A stretch of DNA of 64,000 bases from an uncultured Gemmatimonadota bacterium (GTDB taxonomy: Bacteria > JAAXHH01), in NCBI GenBank assembly GCA_951812955.1, contig OX638340.1, positions 1,344,001-1,408,000 on the forward strand, read 5' to 3'. The translations under genes and the position numbers were made by a program. The notes below the pieces were generated by a model. That model saw only the letters and a list, made by a program, of their open reading frames with translations, did not search any database and was not told the DNA's origin. This document shows positions 41,980-52,603 of the stretch, one piece after another (position 1 is the first letter of the stretch; every line of letters starts with the position of its first letter).

Positions 41980-42837
41980 ATGTGCATGCATAGTACCCTG
42001 ATCGATGTCCATACGTTACACCGCCATTATCAGGACCCAGACTGGTGCGTGATCGACGCCCGATTCTCCCTGGCCGACGCGGGTCAGGGCGCACGGGAGT
42101 ACGGTGAAGGCCACGTGCCCGGTGCCGTGTACGCCCACCTGGACGATGACCTGTCCGGTCCCATCATTCGCGGTGAAACGGGCCGTCATCCGCTGCCGTC
42201 CGTGGAACGGGCCGCTACAGTCTTCTCGCGATTGGGGATCGACGAAAGCGTGCAGGTCGCGGTCTATGACGGCGCGGGAGGTTCCGTGGCCGCCAGGGTC
42301 TGGTGGATGCTACGCTGGCTGGGCCACGACGCCGTCGCCGTAGTGGACGGCGGTTGGCCGGCCTGGACTGGCGCGGGACTGCCGGTTACGCAGGATGTAC
42401 CTGAAGTGACTCCGCGCACCTTCGTGCCCAGCGTCCGCGCGCACCTGGCTACCGACGCGAACGGCGTCGATCGGCACCGGAACGATGCAGCCTGGGTGGT
42501 CCTGGATGCCCGCACTCCGGAGCGTTTCCGAGGCGAGACGGAGCCCATAGACCCCGTGGCCGGCCACATTCCCGGTGCACGGTGCGCGACATTCGATGCG
42601 AATCTGGGAGAAGACGGATGCTTTAGGGCGCCTGAGGAACTGCGGCAGAGATTCGAGGATTTGCTCGCCGGCGTCCCCGTGGAGCGCGCCGTAAACTACT
42701 GTGGCTCAGGGGTATCGGCCTGCCACAATCTCCTCGCCATCGCTCACGCGGGCCTGGGTGACGCCGTGCTGTACCCGGGGTCATGGAGCGAATGGATAAC
42801 GGATGAAAATCGGCCGATCGGGACGGGGGATGGGTGA
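41980..42837 (+). CDS. sseA: thiosulfate/3-mercaptopyruvate sulfurtransferase (tandem rhodanese)
   Basis: Two rhodanese domains, active-site Cys loop CGSGVSACHN, YGEGHVPGAVYAHLD. Confidence 0.8.
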   Translation: MCMHSTLIDVHTLHRHYQDPDWCVIDARFSLADAGQGAREYGEGHVPGAVYAHLDDDLSGPIIRGETGRHPLPSVERAATVFSRLGIDESVQVAVYDGAGGSVAARVWWMLRWLGHDAVAVVDGGWPAWTGAGLPVTQDVPEVTPRTFVPSVRAHLATDANGVDRHRNDAAWVVLDARTPERFRGETEPIDPVAGHIPGARCATFDANLGEDGCFRAPEELRQRFEDLLAGVPVERAVNYCGSGVSACHNLLAIAHAGLGDAVLYPGSWSEWITDENRPIGTGDG

Positions 42838-43011
42838 AGAAAGAATCCACAGTCAATTGAAAATATAACTCAATGATATTATTCCACTTAAGTTACTTCC
42901 TTCGACCAAGGCATATTTAAACAAAATTATGCTGGCTTCGAGATGATATGCATTCACCAAAGATCCTTCCATTGTACTAATGTTTCTTAAACGTCAGCCT
43001 TGTTAACCTAT

Positions 43012-44721
43012 TTATCGTTGAGTCAGTTGATTAGCACCCTGAGGTCGGACAATTGTTACCAAGTTACGAGCTCTGGTAATCCCAACTCTGAGAAGCCGAC
43101 GGCTACGATTGTAAGGAGGATGTTCTCGCTTTTCGTCAAAAAAACGTGATTCAAACTTGCCTTCCACTATAACGACGCCGTCGAATTCTTTGCCCTTACA
43201 CTTGTGCAAATTCATAAGCACGCATCCTTGTGGGTCACGCTCCAGCGCAAGCAGTAGTTCATGATTTAATACCTTCCGTATTGTAGCGGTTGCTTCTATG
43301 TAACTTCCAGACTCTAACCACAATTCCGATAGTGCTTTAGAAAGTACATCTGTAGCTTGAAACAAACGCACCATACTTGCTGACCGGAATACATCATTTA
43401 TCACTTTGTGTACCCTTAGAATATCTCTTGCACTACGCCAATCGGAAACTGGGTCACCGCGATATTCAATACCGTTGGATGCAATTTCTACCATATTTCT
43501 TGCAGCCTGAATACGCGGGAGGCGGCCCATTATTACCGCCTCTGATGCCTCGGCGAATTGCCGAGTTAGTTTCGAAGCAACTTTCGAATGTTGCTCGGCG
43601 TTTTTTAAGCGAAAATACCTTGAAAGGCAGGCAAGTGTATCTGAGACGGTTCTTGCATCAAATTCAGTTCGCCACTCCAATATGGATCCTACGATTTCAG
43701 CCGAGGAGGCCGATAGATTGGCATCCCATACCACATCGTGAGGTATTGGTTTTATCTCACGCTTTTTATAAACATGAGTATCTTGAAGTATCGCTGAAAG
43801 TTGCGCGACATGCCGATTGCTTTTAGTTAAGACTGCGACACACGGATTGTGAATTCCCTTCTTACGTAACAAAGCGATGGTAAAGTGAACTGCTGCATGA
43901 AAAACTGAGTCAAATCCATTCGGCCAGTAGTATTGAACTATCTTAACATTGCTAGTTTTGGGTAGCTCTTCATTGTTTAAGACAGCGTCTGCGAATGATA
44001 GGATTCCGGCTTGTGGACTTCTGTGATTGACCTTACCAAGATCGAACTCAGCGAAGCCAAGTGTAACCCTAGCTGAGTTTATCCTTTGGAAGCTTACAGT
44101 TGGTCGATAGTCAAATATGCACTGTTCCGGATCGGCTAGACATACTACATCAGTTACACTTGCCAATGATTTAATAAGTCGCCACTGGTCTTCGTCGGTA
44201 TCCTGAAACTCATCAACAATGATTAGCGGAAATCGATCGCCATACATGGATCTTACTGCTTCGCTTTCCGCGACAATCATTGCAGCTCCCTTTGCAAATT
44301 GATCAAAACAGTAGATTCCTTCTACTTGCGCAAGACGAACCTGTTCAGCCTCCCAATCTCCTTCAAAAAAAGACTTCTTCAATCGCTCACCTTTGGGAGT
44401 TAAAATACGAGTAGGGAATCCACCCAAAAGCCGCCCATGTCCTCGCAATATTTCACGACAAAAGAGATGGTAAGTCTTTACCTGAATAAGTCGACGTTCT
44501 TCATTCTTCAATAGGTCCTGACTCCTGCCTAGTATCTGGCGTATCGCTGCTCGTGAGAAGCTTAAGAACAGTATACCTTGACCGGGTTCAAGTCCCTTAC
44601 AGCGAGCTTTGGCTTTCAACAGTGCAATAGTTGTCTTGCCAGATCCAGGGCCACCCTTAACGAGCATGTGGCCTGTTTGATTGATAATAGATTGGTGGAT
44701 TTCTTTTAAATCTAGATTCAT
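43012..44721 (-). CDS. gajB: UvrD-like SF1 helicase, Gabija GajB-like
   Basis: Walker A GGPGSGKTT and Walker B/UvrD motif IIVDEFQDTDEDQW. 4-bp overlap with the upstream OLD-family gene. AT-rich. Confidence 0.7.
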   Translation of the reverse strand: MNLDLKEIHQSIINQTGHMLVKGGPGSGKTTIALLKAKARCKGLEPGQGILFLSFSRAAIRQILGRSQDLLKNEERRLIQVKTYHLFCREILRGHGRLLGGFPTRILTPKGERLKKSFFEGDWEAEQVRLAQVEGIYCFDQFAKGAAMIVAESEAVRSMYGDRFPLIIVDEFQDTDEDQWRLIKSLASVTDVVCLADPEQCIFDYRPTVSFQRINSARVTLGFAEFDLGKVNHRSPQAGILSFADAVLNNEELPKTSNVKIVQYYWPNGFDSVFHAAVHFTIALLRKKGIHNPCVAVLTKSNRHVAQLSAILQDTHVYKKREIKPIPHDVVWDANLSASSAEIVGSILEWRTEFDARTVSDTLACLSRYFRLKNAEQHSKVASKLTRQFAEASEAVIMGRLPRIQAARNMVEIASNGIEYRGDPVSDWRSARDILRVHKVINDVFRSASMVRLFQATDVLSKALSELWLESGSYIEATATIRKVLNHELLLALERDPQGCVLMNLHKCKGKEFDGVVIVEGKFESRFFDEKREHPPYNRSRRLLRVGITRARNLVTIVRPQGANQLTQR

Positions 44722-46604
44722 GAATTATCGCCATTATCAGACGCTGATGGCTGTTGGTTATCGCCATTACAATCGGCACCTTCTTCTGATGATTTAACAG
44801 GAGGATCCAATACCAAGTTTAATGCTTCCAATACTGTTCTTATGAAATCCGGTAGCATTTCTCTTTCTTTGCAGTGCTCAATCAAGTTTGCGGCATATCC
44901 ATGTGCTTCACCTTTTCGAGCCTTTAGAACTCTTTTACACAAATCTTTCACATTGTCGTCGGACATTTCCGGACTGTATTGCCGTTCCTGTGGGTAATCC
45001 GATCGATGCCTTGCCTCATTGAGAAAGCTTCTTTGAACTTCAACTGATAACTCGGTCACTAGGAGTTCTTCAATTGAATAGAAGGGGGATTCCCAACTCT
45101 CATCGTAGGATTCCATATTTCGAACATCGTCTACCGACCAAGTGTCGTTATTGGGCTTGTCATAAACTGCAAAGGCAGGTTTCCCAAGTGCTGCGAAAGC
45201 AGGTCCATATCTCGGTATGTCCCCATAGCCTCCAGCATTGAATAAAACTATACCTGCGAGATCGGGATGAGTATAGTCTTGAGTGGGTGACGTATTCTCA
45301 ATAACAGTTGCTGCTGCAGAGAAAACCGAGGCTTCGGTAGATCCTTCGACTACGAGTACTGCTCGACTCAGGACTGCTTCGGCAAACTGTCTTCTATTGG
45401 TTTTGTATGTCTTCTCTTTGATTTCTCCGATATTAACAGGATTTCCCTTTAGAATAGTCTGTTCACGCTCAAGTATAACAATATCAGCTAGCTCGAACTG
45501 CTCTATCACATAAGGAGAGTGTGAGGTTACAATTGCTTGTCCCATCTCCTGAAGCACGAATTTCGTAACCCGACGTTGTGTATGAGGAGGTAACGCTATT
45601 TCTGGTTCTTCCATCGCGAAAATAACAGAATGCCTATCCTTTAATTCAGCAATAAAAGTTAGTAGTGCGAACACAAGCACGTTTATTGTGCCAGTTCCAA
45701 GTTTTTGGAATGGAACTAAATGATCACTTTCCTTCGAAGCTAAAAAGAACTTTACCACATTTCTCAAGTCGTTTCGTGTAAGGTCCGATGCAAAAAAGCC
45801 CGTTGCGTTTTTATCATCAGCAAGTTGGACAAACCGTGCGATCCTGTCACGAACTTCAGATTGAATTTCATTAAGTTGTTGAATGTCGCCAATTGCAGGT
45901 TGAAGATTACGTAAACGATATAATGTTTCTCCCCACATCTGACTAAGACCGGTGCCACCCAATCGGATTATCGTATCGAGCAGTGATCCCCTCTGGAGGC
46001 TTAGTGCTCTGGAACCAGTACGAAGTGCCCGTAAGAACAAGAACCCACAGAAGCGCTTGTGACTCCAAGTAAAGCGTGTCCGACCACTTCCCAGGACATT
46101 CTGTTCTTCAATTTCCTGCTCATCATCATCGATCACTTCAGGGACAGGGTATGCAAAAAACGAATCACCTTCAAAATCGTCTCTTTCTAATTCGTAACGT
46201 CCAAAGAACACAACAGGTAGCGCCCAGACAACTTCAGGCCGATCCGTTACCAACGGACCTTCATCTCCTTCATCAGCATAACATTGTTCTTTTACATTCC
46301 AATGTCGCAGATGGTTCTCGCCAAACCGACGAATTGCCTCGTCTGTAAGATCAACAAGTATTGCTTCGATCTCAATTACAACAGCCTCACCGTCATTAGT
46401 GAGATAGCTGTCTCGATGAAAATCGTGTTCGTCAACTACTGGCCTGCGATTTAGTCTTTCTGGTCCGAGTACTAAGTCAAGTGCCTCGCATACAGTCGAT
46501 TTCCCGCTATTGTTACCACCTACAAGTAGAACGTTATCGCCAAAGTGGATTTCACCATGTTTTATACCGCGGAAGTTTGCCATACGAAGTCTTACTACAC
46601 GCAT
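44718..46604 (-). CDS. gajA: OLD-family ATP-dependent endonuclease (ABC ATPase + TOPRIM), Gabija GajA-like
   Basis: N-terminal MRVVRLRMANFRG...LVGGNNSGKST Walker A, C-terminal TOPRIM (VLVVEGSTE ... AVYDKPNND). Start set at ATG 46604 with a GGAGGA RBS; the ORF track's 46733 start would overlap the GT2 gene. Confidence 0.7.
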   Translation of the reverse strand: MRVVRLRMANFRGIKHGEIHFGDNVLLVGGNNSGKSTVCEALDLVLGPERLNRRPVVDEHDFHRDSYLTNDGEAVVIEIEAILVDLTDEAIRRFGENHLRHWNVKEQCYADEGDEGPLVTDRPEVVWALPVVFFGRYELERDDFEGDSFFAYPVPEVIDDDEQEIEEQNVLGSGRTRFTWSHKRFCGFLFLRALRTGSRALSLQRGSLLDTIIRLGGTGLSQMWGETLYRLRNLQPAIGDIQQLNEIQSEVRDRIARFVQLADDKNATGFFASDLTRNDLRNVVKFFLASKESDHLVPFQKLGTGTINVLVFALLTFIAELKDRHSVIFAMEEPEIALPPHTQRRVTKFVLQEMGQAIVTSHSPYVIEQFELADIVILEREQTILKGNPVNIGEIKEKTYKTNRRQFAEAVLSRAVLVVEGSTEASVFSAAATVIENTSPTQDYTHPDLAGIVLFNAGGYGDIPRYGPAFAALGKPAFAVYDKPNNDTWSVDDVRNMESYDESWESPFYSIEELLVTELSVEVQRSFLNEARHRSDYPQERQYSPEMSDDNVKDLCKRVLKARKGEAHGYAANLIEHCKEREMLPDFIRTVLEALNLVLDPPVKSSEEGADCNGDNQQPSASDNGDNS

Positions 46605-46686
46605 GCTATAGTCCTCCAAATGCAGTTTAATTTGCTTCGATATGAATACATCTTGGTTGTATTTGTAAGAATAGAAACTACCTACA

Positions 46687-47505
46687 TTATACGACATGCT
46701 CAGGATTTGACGGTTTTCTACGCCCAAACGCATACCTGAAAGTCACCCAGAGTATCTTCACTCCCGCCCGGACCGCCCCGGACAGCGTTCCCGTGATCTT
46801 GGAAACCCCGACCCGCTTCCGGTACCGCACCGGGACGTCGAGGGTGCGGTACTTCCTTTGTGCTGCCTTGATCTGCATTTCGACGGTCCAGCCAAAGTTT
46901 TGATCCGCCATTTCGAGCTCGAGCAGCCTGTCGTAGCGTATGGCCCGGAACGGTCCCAGATCGGTATATCGATGTCCGTAGAGCCAACGGATGATCCTGG
47001 GAACGAGGACGTTGCCTATCACGGCCTGGACCGGCATGGCGCCCGGCGCGCGGTGTCCCAGCATCCGTGACCCGATCACCATGTCGTAACCCGCTTCCAC
47101 GACCGGGCGCACCAGGTCTGCCAAGTCTTCTGGGTAATCGCTGTAATCGCCGTCCAGGAACACGATGACGTCCGGATCGAACCGGGCGGCCTCGGCCATG
47201 CCGCGCAGGCAGGCGGCCCCGTACCCGCGCCGGGGTTCCTTCACGACGACCGCGCCACCCTCCGCGGCCACTGCCCCGGTCCGGTCCGTCGAACCGTTGT
47301 CCACGACGATTACGGCCGTGGCCATCCCCTCCGGAATGTGTGCCAGGACCAGTCCGATCGAATCCTCTTCGTTCAGGACCGGAATGATGACCACGATGGT
47401 CTGTTTGTCCGCTGATCTTGCCATCTCGCTGTGTCGACCCCTGTTTGCCATCGGAGGAGGACCAGATACCCTGCGGTCGCCGGCAGGTTCCGCCGACCCC
47501 TCCAT
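46687..47505 (-). CDS. family 2 glycosyltransferase (Dpm1-like)
   Basis: TIVVIIPVLNEEDSI...VVDNGSTDRT motif. A start at M28 (47424) is more likely than 47505. Confidence 0.75.
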   Translation of the reverse strand: MEGSAEPAGDRRVSGPPPMANRGRHSEMARSADKQTIVVIIPVLNEEDSIGLVLAHIPEGMATAVIVVDNGSTDRTGAVAAEGGAVVVKEPRRGYGAACLRGMAEAARFDPDVIVFLDGDYSDYPEDLADLVRPVVEAGYDMVIGSRMLGHRAPGAMPVQAVIGNVLVPRIIRWLYGHRYTDLGPFRAIRYDRLLELEMADQNFGWTVEMQIKAAQRKYRTLDVPVRYRKRVGVSKITGTLSGAVRAGVKILWVTFRYAFGRRKPSNPEHVV

Positions 47506-47731
47506 TTCAGGTTCTGTTCAGGTCCCGTTCCGGCCCCGCCAAATCCCTTACGATCCGTGTTTACAGTGGTTGCCGCCCGGCCAGGCCTGCCGTACATAGT
47601 GTATAAATCGCTTGACAAACCCCTACATATACTAATATATCCACTTAATAGACTCCTGAAACCCATTTTCGATCCGATCACACTTTACCGTATTTCGAAT
47701 AGGCACTTTACGCCATCAGGATCCGTATCCG

Positions 47732-50700
47732 ATGCGTCTTTCCCATCTTGAAATGATCGGGTTCAAGTCCTTCTCCACCCGGCTGAAGGTGAAGTTCAGC
47801 GACGGCATCACGGCCGTGGTCGGCCCGAACGGCTGCGGGAAGTCAAATATCGTCGACGCCATACGCTGGGCGCTCGGGGAACACCGCGCGACTTCGCTGC
47901 GGGGCGACCGAATGGAAGACATCATCTTCAACGGGACGGCCGCCCGGAAACCGCTCGGTATGGCGGAGGTATCGCTGACGATCGACAACAGCGAGCAGAA
48001 GCTGCCCGTCGAATACAGCGAAGTCACGATCACGCGCCGTTATTTCAGATCCGGCGCGAGCGAGTACCAGATCAACAAGGTGCCCTGCCGCCTCAAGGAC
48101 ATCACCAATCTCCTGCTGGACACGGGCATGGGCGCCCACGCCTACTCGATCATCGAGCAGGGCATGGTGGAATCAGTGGTAAACGGCAGTCCATTGGAGC
48201 GGCGCCAGCTCATCGAGGAAGCTGCCGGCATCAACAAGTACAAGACCCGGCGGCGCCTGGCGCAGCGGAAGCTGGAAGGGACCGAGCACGACCTGGTACG
48301 TATAGCCGACCTCCTGGATGAAGTCGAACGCAGCGTGAGTTCGCTGCGGCGGCAGGTTCGCAAGTACGAACGGTACGACCGGCTGATGCAACAGATGAAG
48401 GACGTGGAGATCGTGGTCGCTTGTCACGCGTACCAGGATCTACGCGGACAGACCGAACCCGTCCGTGCCCGGATAAAGGAGTATGCGGACCGGAAAGAAG
48501 CCATTCAGACACGCATACGTACAGCCGAAGCCGAGGTCGAGAAGAATAAGGCCGTCCAACTGGAAAAGGCAGAAATACTGCAGAACCGGCAGGACGCGGT
48601 GAACCGGATCGACGACCAGATCAGGGCACTGGAAGAGGAACTCCTGGTTAGCAAGGAACGCCGGACCGGCCTGGAGCAGCGGGCCAGTTCCGCGTCGGGG
48701 GAGGCGGACCAGGCGGAGACCGAGCAGGAACGCATCCGGTCCCAGCTGGCACGGATCGTCGACGACCGGAAGACACTGGACACGGCGCTGGAACAGGCAC
48801 GCTCCGCGTTCGCGGAACGGGACGAAGCGTCCAGGACCTATGCCGGCCGGATCGCCGCACAGAAAGAGTCGACCCAGGCACTGCGGAACCGCAGCATGGC
48901 GTTGATTCAGAAGCACTCGGGCGAACTGGCGGAAATCAGTTCGCTCGAAGCCCGCGAAGCGTCCCATCGCAAAAGAAACGCCGATGTGGCAACCGCGCGA
49001 AAGAAACTCGCCGAAGAACTGGCATCGAAAACGGCGGCCTTCGAATCCGCGCAAAAGGAACTGCGCGGCGTCAGGCAGGTCGTGGAAGAAAACACGGCGC
49101 TGAATACGAACCTGACAGAGTCCGCCCAGGACGCGCGGGAATGCATCGAGTCGGCCCGTGACGAGTTGACCAGCCTCGAAACAACCATAACGACGGCCGA
49201 AAAGGAACACGCACTGCTCGATCGCATGCACCGGCAGTACGAAGGATACGGCCAGGGAGTCCGGACGCTGTTGACCAACGGAGCGGACATCGAAGGACTC
49301 CGCGGCGTGCTCGCGGATGGGATCACGATCGACAAGGCATACGAAAAGGTGATCGCGGCCTACCTGGACGACATGCTTCAGTACGTCGTGGCCGGACGCA
49401 CCGAAGACGCCGAGGCGGGCCTCCGCTATATTCGGGAACAGGAGGCCGGACGGGTTTCCTTCATTCTGCTGGACCGAATGAAGTCCCGCCCCGTGCCCGC
49501 GGACCTGCCGTTCGAGGATGACGGCATCATCGGCCGCGCGAGCACGATGGTCACCTCCGACAAGGCGCTGGATCCGGCGGTGACCCACCTGCTCTCCCGG
49601 GTCGTGCTCGTGAAGGACGTCGAAACGGCCTTTCGCCTGTCCCCGTTGTTCGATACCGACCAGGACTGGAGACTGTTGACTGCCGAGGGCGAAGTCGTGG
49701 ATCCGGCCGGATTGCTGACCGGTGGATCGTCCGAGACGAGCGAATCGGACCTGCTTAGTCGTGCGGAGCGGATCGCGGAGATCGAAGCGGAACTGGTAGA
49801 AAACCGCGCGGAACGCGAGAAGATCGCCGGTGAATTGGAAGGACTGGAGGCGGAACTGGCCTCGTTGACGGATCGGCAGGCTTCCGTCGAACAGGTACTC
49901 GGCGAATCCCGGCGCAAGTTGATGGAAACGGAGTCCCGGGACCGGCAGCTGGATTTCGAGCGCGCCAGGATGGCGGAACAGGACGAAGAACTCGCCCGGG
50001 AAGCGGATTCCCTGGCGGAGGAGGCGAAGGCCGCGGCCGTGGAGCGCGAGGAACGCAAAAAAGCGCTGGACTCCCTCGCGCACGACCGGACAGCGGCCGA
50101 AGAGGAAGAGCGGGGGAATCAGGATACCCTGGACGAGATGGAAGCGGAACGCCAGCGCCTGGCCGATGCGGCCAACGACGCCAGGGTCGCCCTCGTCTCC
50201 ATGGAAAGCCGGAGCAACGAACTGAGCACCACCGACGAATTCCTTACGCAGGAAAACGAGCGGCTGGCCACTCTCCTCGCGCAACGAAAAACCGAAGCGG
50301 TGGAGGCCGGCAGCCAATCGAAGGAACTGAAGAAGACCCAGGAAAGAAACGAGAAACAGCTGGAGGCGCACTATGCGTCCAGGCGGAAACGGGAGGTGGA
50401 CCGCAACGCCGTTCTCGAAGAGCACCAGAACCTGCAGGAAGAAGAACGTCAGATACAGCAGAACCTCGGCGAGAACCGGAACGCGCTGACCCAGGTGCAG
50501 GAACAGGTACACCAGGCGGAACTGGAAGACGCCGAACTGTACATGAAGAGCAACGAGATCCGGCGGCAGTTGATGGAGAAACACGGCACCGATCCCGAGG
50601 GCATGGACAAACTGCCGCAGATCGAGGAACTGGACGAATACACGCCCGACGCCGCACAGACCCTGCGGATGGGGCTCCAGCGCAAGGTGGACGAACTGGG

Positions 50701-51361
50701 TCCCATCAACATGGCCGCGGTGGAAGAGTACCGGGCGGGCAAGGAGCGGCTCGACTTCCTCCAGCAGCAGCAGAATGACCTCATTGAGGCCAAAGACAAC
50801 CTGGAGAAGACCATCGTCAAGATGAACAAGGCCGCCCGTTCCCGATTCATGACCACCTTCGAAGAGGTCCGGACCAATTTCATGACCACGTTCCAGGCGC
50901 TTTTTGAAGGCGGTGAGGCAGACCTAATGCTCGAAGAAGGGGACCCCCTCGAAACGGGTATAGAAATCATGGCGCGGCCCGAAGGAAAGCGGCTGCAGAG
51001 CCTGGCCCTGCTATCCGGCGGCGAGACGGCCCTCACGGCCATCGCCCTGCTCTTCGCTATCTATCTCGTGAAGCCCAGTCCCTTCTGCGTGTTCGACGAA
51101 GTGGACGCGCCGCTGGACGACGCAAACGTGAAACGATTCGCCGGCGCCCTGCGCCAGTTCACCAGCAACACACAGTTCCTGGTGGTCACCCACAACAAGC
51201 GGACCATGGAAGCCGCCGATTACCTCTACGGCATAACCATGGAAGAACCCGGCCTGTCCAAGATGGTCTCCGTGCGCCTCGAGGATGCCGAATCTGAAGT
51301 GCTGGAACCCGCGGCCACTCCGGGCGAACAGGCAAACGGCGCCGGTACGGTCGGGGTATAG
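47732..51361 (+). CDS. smc: chromosome segregation protein SMC
   Basis: N-terminal MRLSHLEMIGFKSF...VVGPNGCGKSN Walker A, long coiled coils, hinge, C-terminal LSGGE signature and Walker B (CVFDEVDAPLDDAN). 1209 aa. Confidence 0.95.
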   Translation: MRLSHLEMIGFKSFSTRLKVKFSDGITAVVGPNGCGKSNIVDAIRWALGEHRATSLRGDRMEDIIFNGTAARKPLGMAEVSLTIDNSEQKLPVEYSEVTITRRYFRSGASEYQINKVPCRLKDITNLLLDTGMGAHAYSIIEQGMVESVVNGSPLERRQLIEEAAGINKYKTRRRLAQRKLEGTEHDLVRIADLLDEVERSVSSLRRQVRKYERYDRLMQQMKDVEIVVACHAYQDLRGQTEPVRARIKEYADRKEAIQTRIRTAEAEVEKNKAVQLEKAEILQNRQDAVNRIDDQIRALEEELLVSKERRTGLEQRASSASGEADQAETEQERIRSQLARIVDDRKTLDTALEQARSAFAERDEASRTYAGRIAAQKESTQALRNRSMALIQKHSGELAEISSLEAREASHRKRNADVATARKKLAEELASKTAAFESAQKELRGVRQVVEENTALNTNLTESAQDARECIESARDELTSLETTITTAEKEHALLDRMHRQYEGYGQGVRTLLTNGADIEGLRGVLADGITIDKAYEKVIAAYLDDMLQYVVAGRTEDAEAGLRYIREQEAGRVSFILLDRMKSRPVPADLPFEDDGIIGRASTMVTSDKALDPAVTHLLSRVVLVKDVETAFRLSPLFDTDQDWRLLTAEGEVVDPAGLLTGGSSETSESDLLSRAERIAEIEAELVENRAEREKIAGELEGLEAELASLTDRQASVEQVLGESRRKLMETESRDRQLDFERARMAEQDEELAREADSLAEEAKAAAVEREERKKALDSLAHDRTAAEEEERGNQDTLDEMEAERQRLADAANDARVALVSMESRSNELSTTDEFLTQENERLATLLAQRKTEAVEAGSQSKELKKTQERNEKQLEAHYASRRKREVDRNAVLEEHQNLQEEERQIQQNLGENRNALTQVQEQVHQAELEDAELYMKSNEIRRQLMEKHGTDPEGMDKLPQIEELDEYTPDAAQTLRMGLQRKVDELGPINMAAVEEYRAGKERLDFLQQQQNDLIEAKDNLEKTIVKMNKAARSRFMTTFEEVRTNFMTTFQALFEGGEADLMLEEGDPLETGIEIMARPEGKRLQSLALLSGGETALTAIALLFAIYLVKPSPFCVFDEVDAPLDDANVKRFAGALRQFTSNTQFLVVTHNKRTMEAADYLYGITMEEPGLSKMVSVRLEDAESEVLEPAATPGEQANGAGTVGV

Positions 51362-51368
51362 GTGAGAC

Positions 51369-51962
51369 TTGATCGTCATCGGAGTAGCCGGCGGCATTGC
51401 ATCGGGTAAGTCGACGGTAGCCCGGGTTTTCGAGCGACTCGGCGCCCGCATCCTGGACGCCGACGCCATCGGCCACGATCAGTTGCGAACCGAGAGGCTG
51501 CGCGAAGGCATCCGGGATGCCTTCGGCGAGGGTGCCCTGACGGCGGAGGGGGAGGTGGACCGGCGGGCCCTCGGCCGCCTGGTCTTCAGCGACGAGCGGG
51601 CCAGGCAGAGACTGAACCGCCTGGTCAGACCCGCCATCCGCGCAGAAATTCGACGTCGGATCGCCGAAATGCGCAGCGAAGGCTACGACGGAGTCGTCGT
51701 GGTCGACGCGCCTCTGCTGGTCGACACCGGTCCCACCGACCTTGCCGACAGGGTCATCCTGGTGACCGCGCCGGCCGACGCCAGGAAAGATCGGATCGTC
51801 CTTCGCAACGGCCTGACCGAGCACGAGGCCGAGCAGCGCATCGCCGCCCAGGTGTCCGACACGAAACAGGCGAGATGGGCGGATTTCGTTCTGGAAAACA
51901 ACGGGACCGAGGATGAGTTGACCAATTCTGCAGAAGCGCTCTGGAAACGGATCTTTTCCTGA
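51369..51962 (+). CDS. coaE: dephospho-CoA kinase
   Basis: IVIGVAGGIASGKST P-loop at the N-terminus, about 197 aa. TTG start. Confidence 0.85.
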   Translation: MIVIGVAGGIASGKSTVARVFERLGARILDADAIGHDQLRTERLREGIRDAFGEGALTAEGEVDRRALGRLVFSDERARQRLNRLVRPAIRAEIRRRIAEMRSEGYDGVVVVDAPLLVDTGPTDLADRVILVTAPADARKDRIVLRNGLTEHEAEQRIAAQVSDTKQARWADFVLENNGTEDELTNSAEALWKRIFS

Positions 51963-51991
51963 ATCTCAACTCGCTGCGCCGCCTGTGCCGC

Positions 51992-52603
51992 CTATTCCCC
52001 GCACGCCGCACGATCACTGTAGAGTCTATGTTCTTCGATGTAATCCGCCACTTCACCTGGAACCATGTGGGAAATGGGAAGTCCTATTCCCGCGCGACGG
52101 CGAATGTCCGTAGACGAGATATCGATCTCGGGGAGCTGGATGGTGACTACGTGGTCCCTCCAGCGCGGATCCACCCCGGCGAGGTCTTTGCCGGGCCTGG
52201 GAACCGTCACGACCGTTGCCAGTTCGAATAACCGTTCCGGCGCATGCCAGGTGTCGATTTCGAGCAGACTGTCCGCCCCGATGACGAGGTAGACTTCGCA
52301 CGTCGCACCGTATATCCTCCGCAGCGCATCCAGCGTGTCCACGGTGTAGGACAGCCCGGGTCGGTTTATCTCCAGGTCCGAAACCTCGAGCCGGGGATCC
52401 TGCCGTGCGGCCAACTGCGCCATGAGATACCGGTCATCCGCGGGGGCGATGGCATGCCCCTGCTTGTGTGGAGGGCGGGCGGACGGAACGAACAGGAGCC
52501 GGTCGAGGGCGCAATGATCGACAACGCCCCGGGCAATGACCAGATGGCCGGTGTGTATCGGGTCGAACGTTCCCCCGTAAACGCCAAGCCGATGGGTTTT
52601 CAC
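51992..52603 (-). CDS. nadD: nicotinate-nucleotide adenylyltransferase
   Basis: LGVYGGTFDPIHTGHL (H/T)xGH motif at the N-terminus, about 200 aa. Confidence 0.85.
   Translation of the reverse strand: MKTHRLGVYGGTFDPIHTGHLVIARGVVDHCALDRLLFVPSARPPHKQGHAIAPADDRYLMAQLAARQDPRLEVSDLEINRPGLSYTVDTLDALRRIYGATCEVYLVIGADSLLEIDTWHAPERLFELATVVTVPRPGKDLAGVDPRWRDHVVTIQLPEIDISSTDIRRRAGIGLPISHMVPGEVADYIEEHRLYSDRAACGE

Noticed and set aside
48440-50584. 714-aa ORF antisense to smc and other long antisense ORFs (22867-23784 -, 16469-17407 -, 27457-28731 -, 28703-29947 -, 59114-60769 +, 54138-55346 +, 38271-39530 -, 21370-22236 -)
   Set aside because: Each lies fully inside a confidently identified gene on the other strand, is Arg/Pro/Gly-rich and low-complexity, and lacks motifs. 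These are typical stop-codon-poor antisense frames in high-GC DNA.
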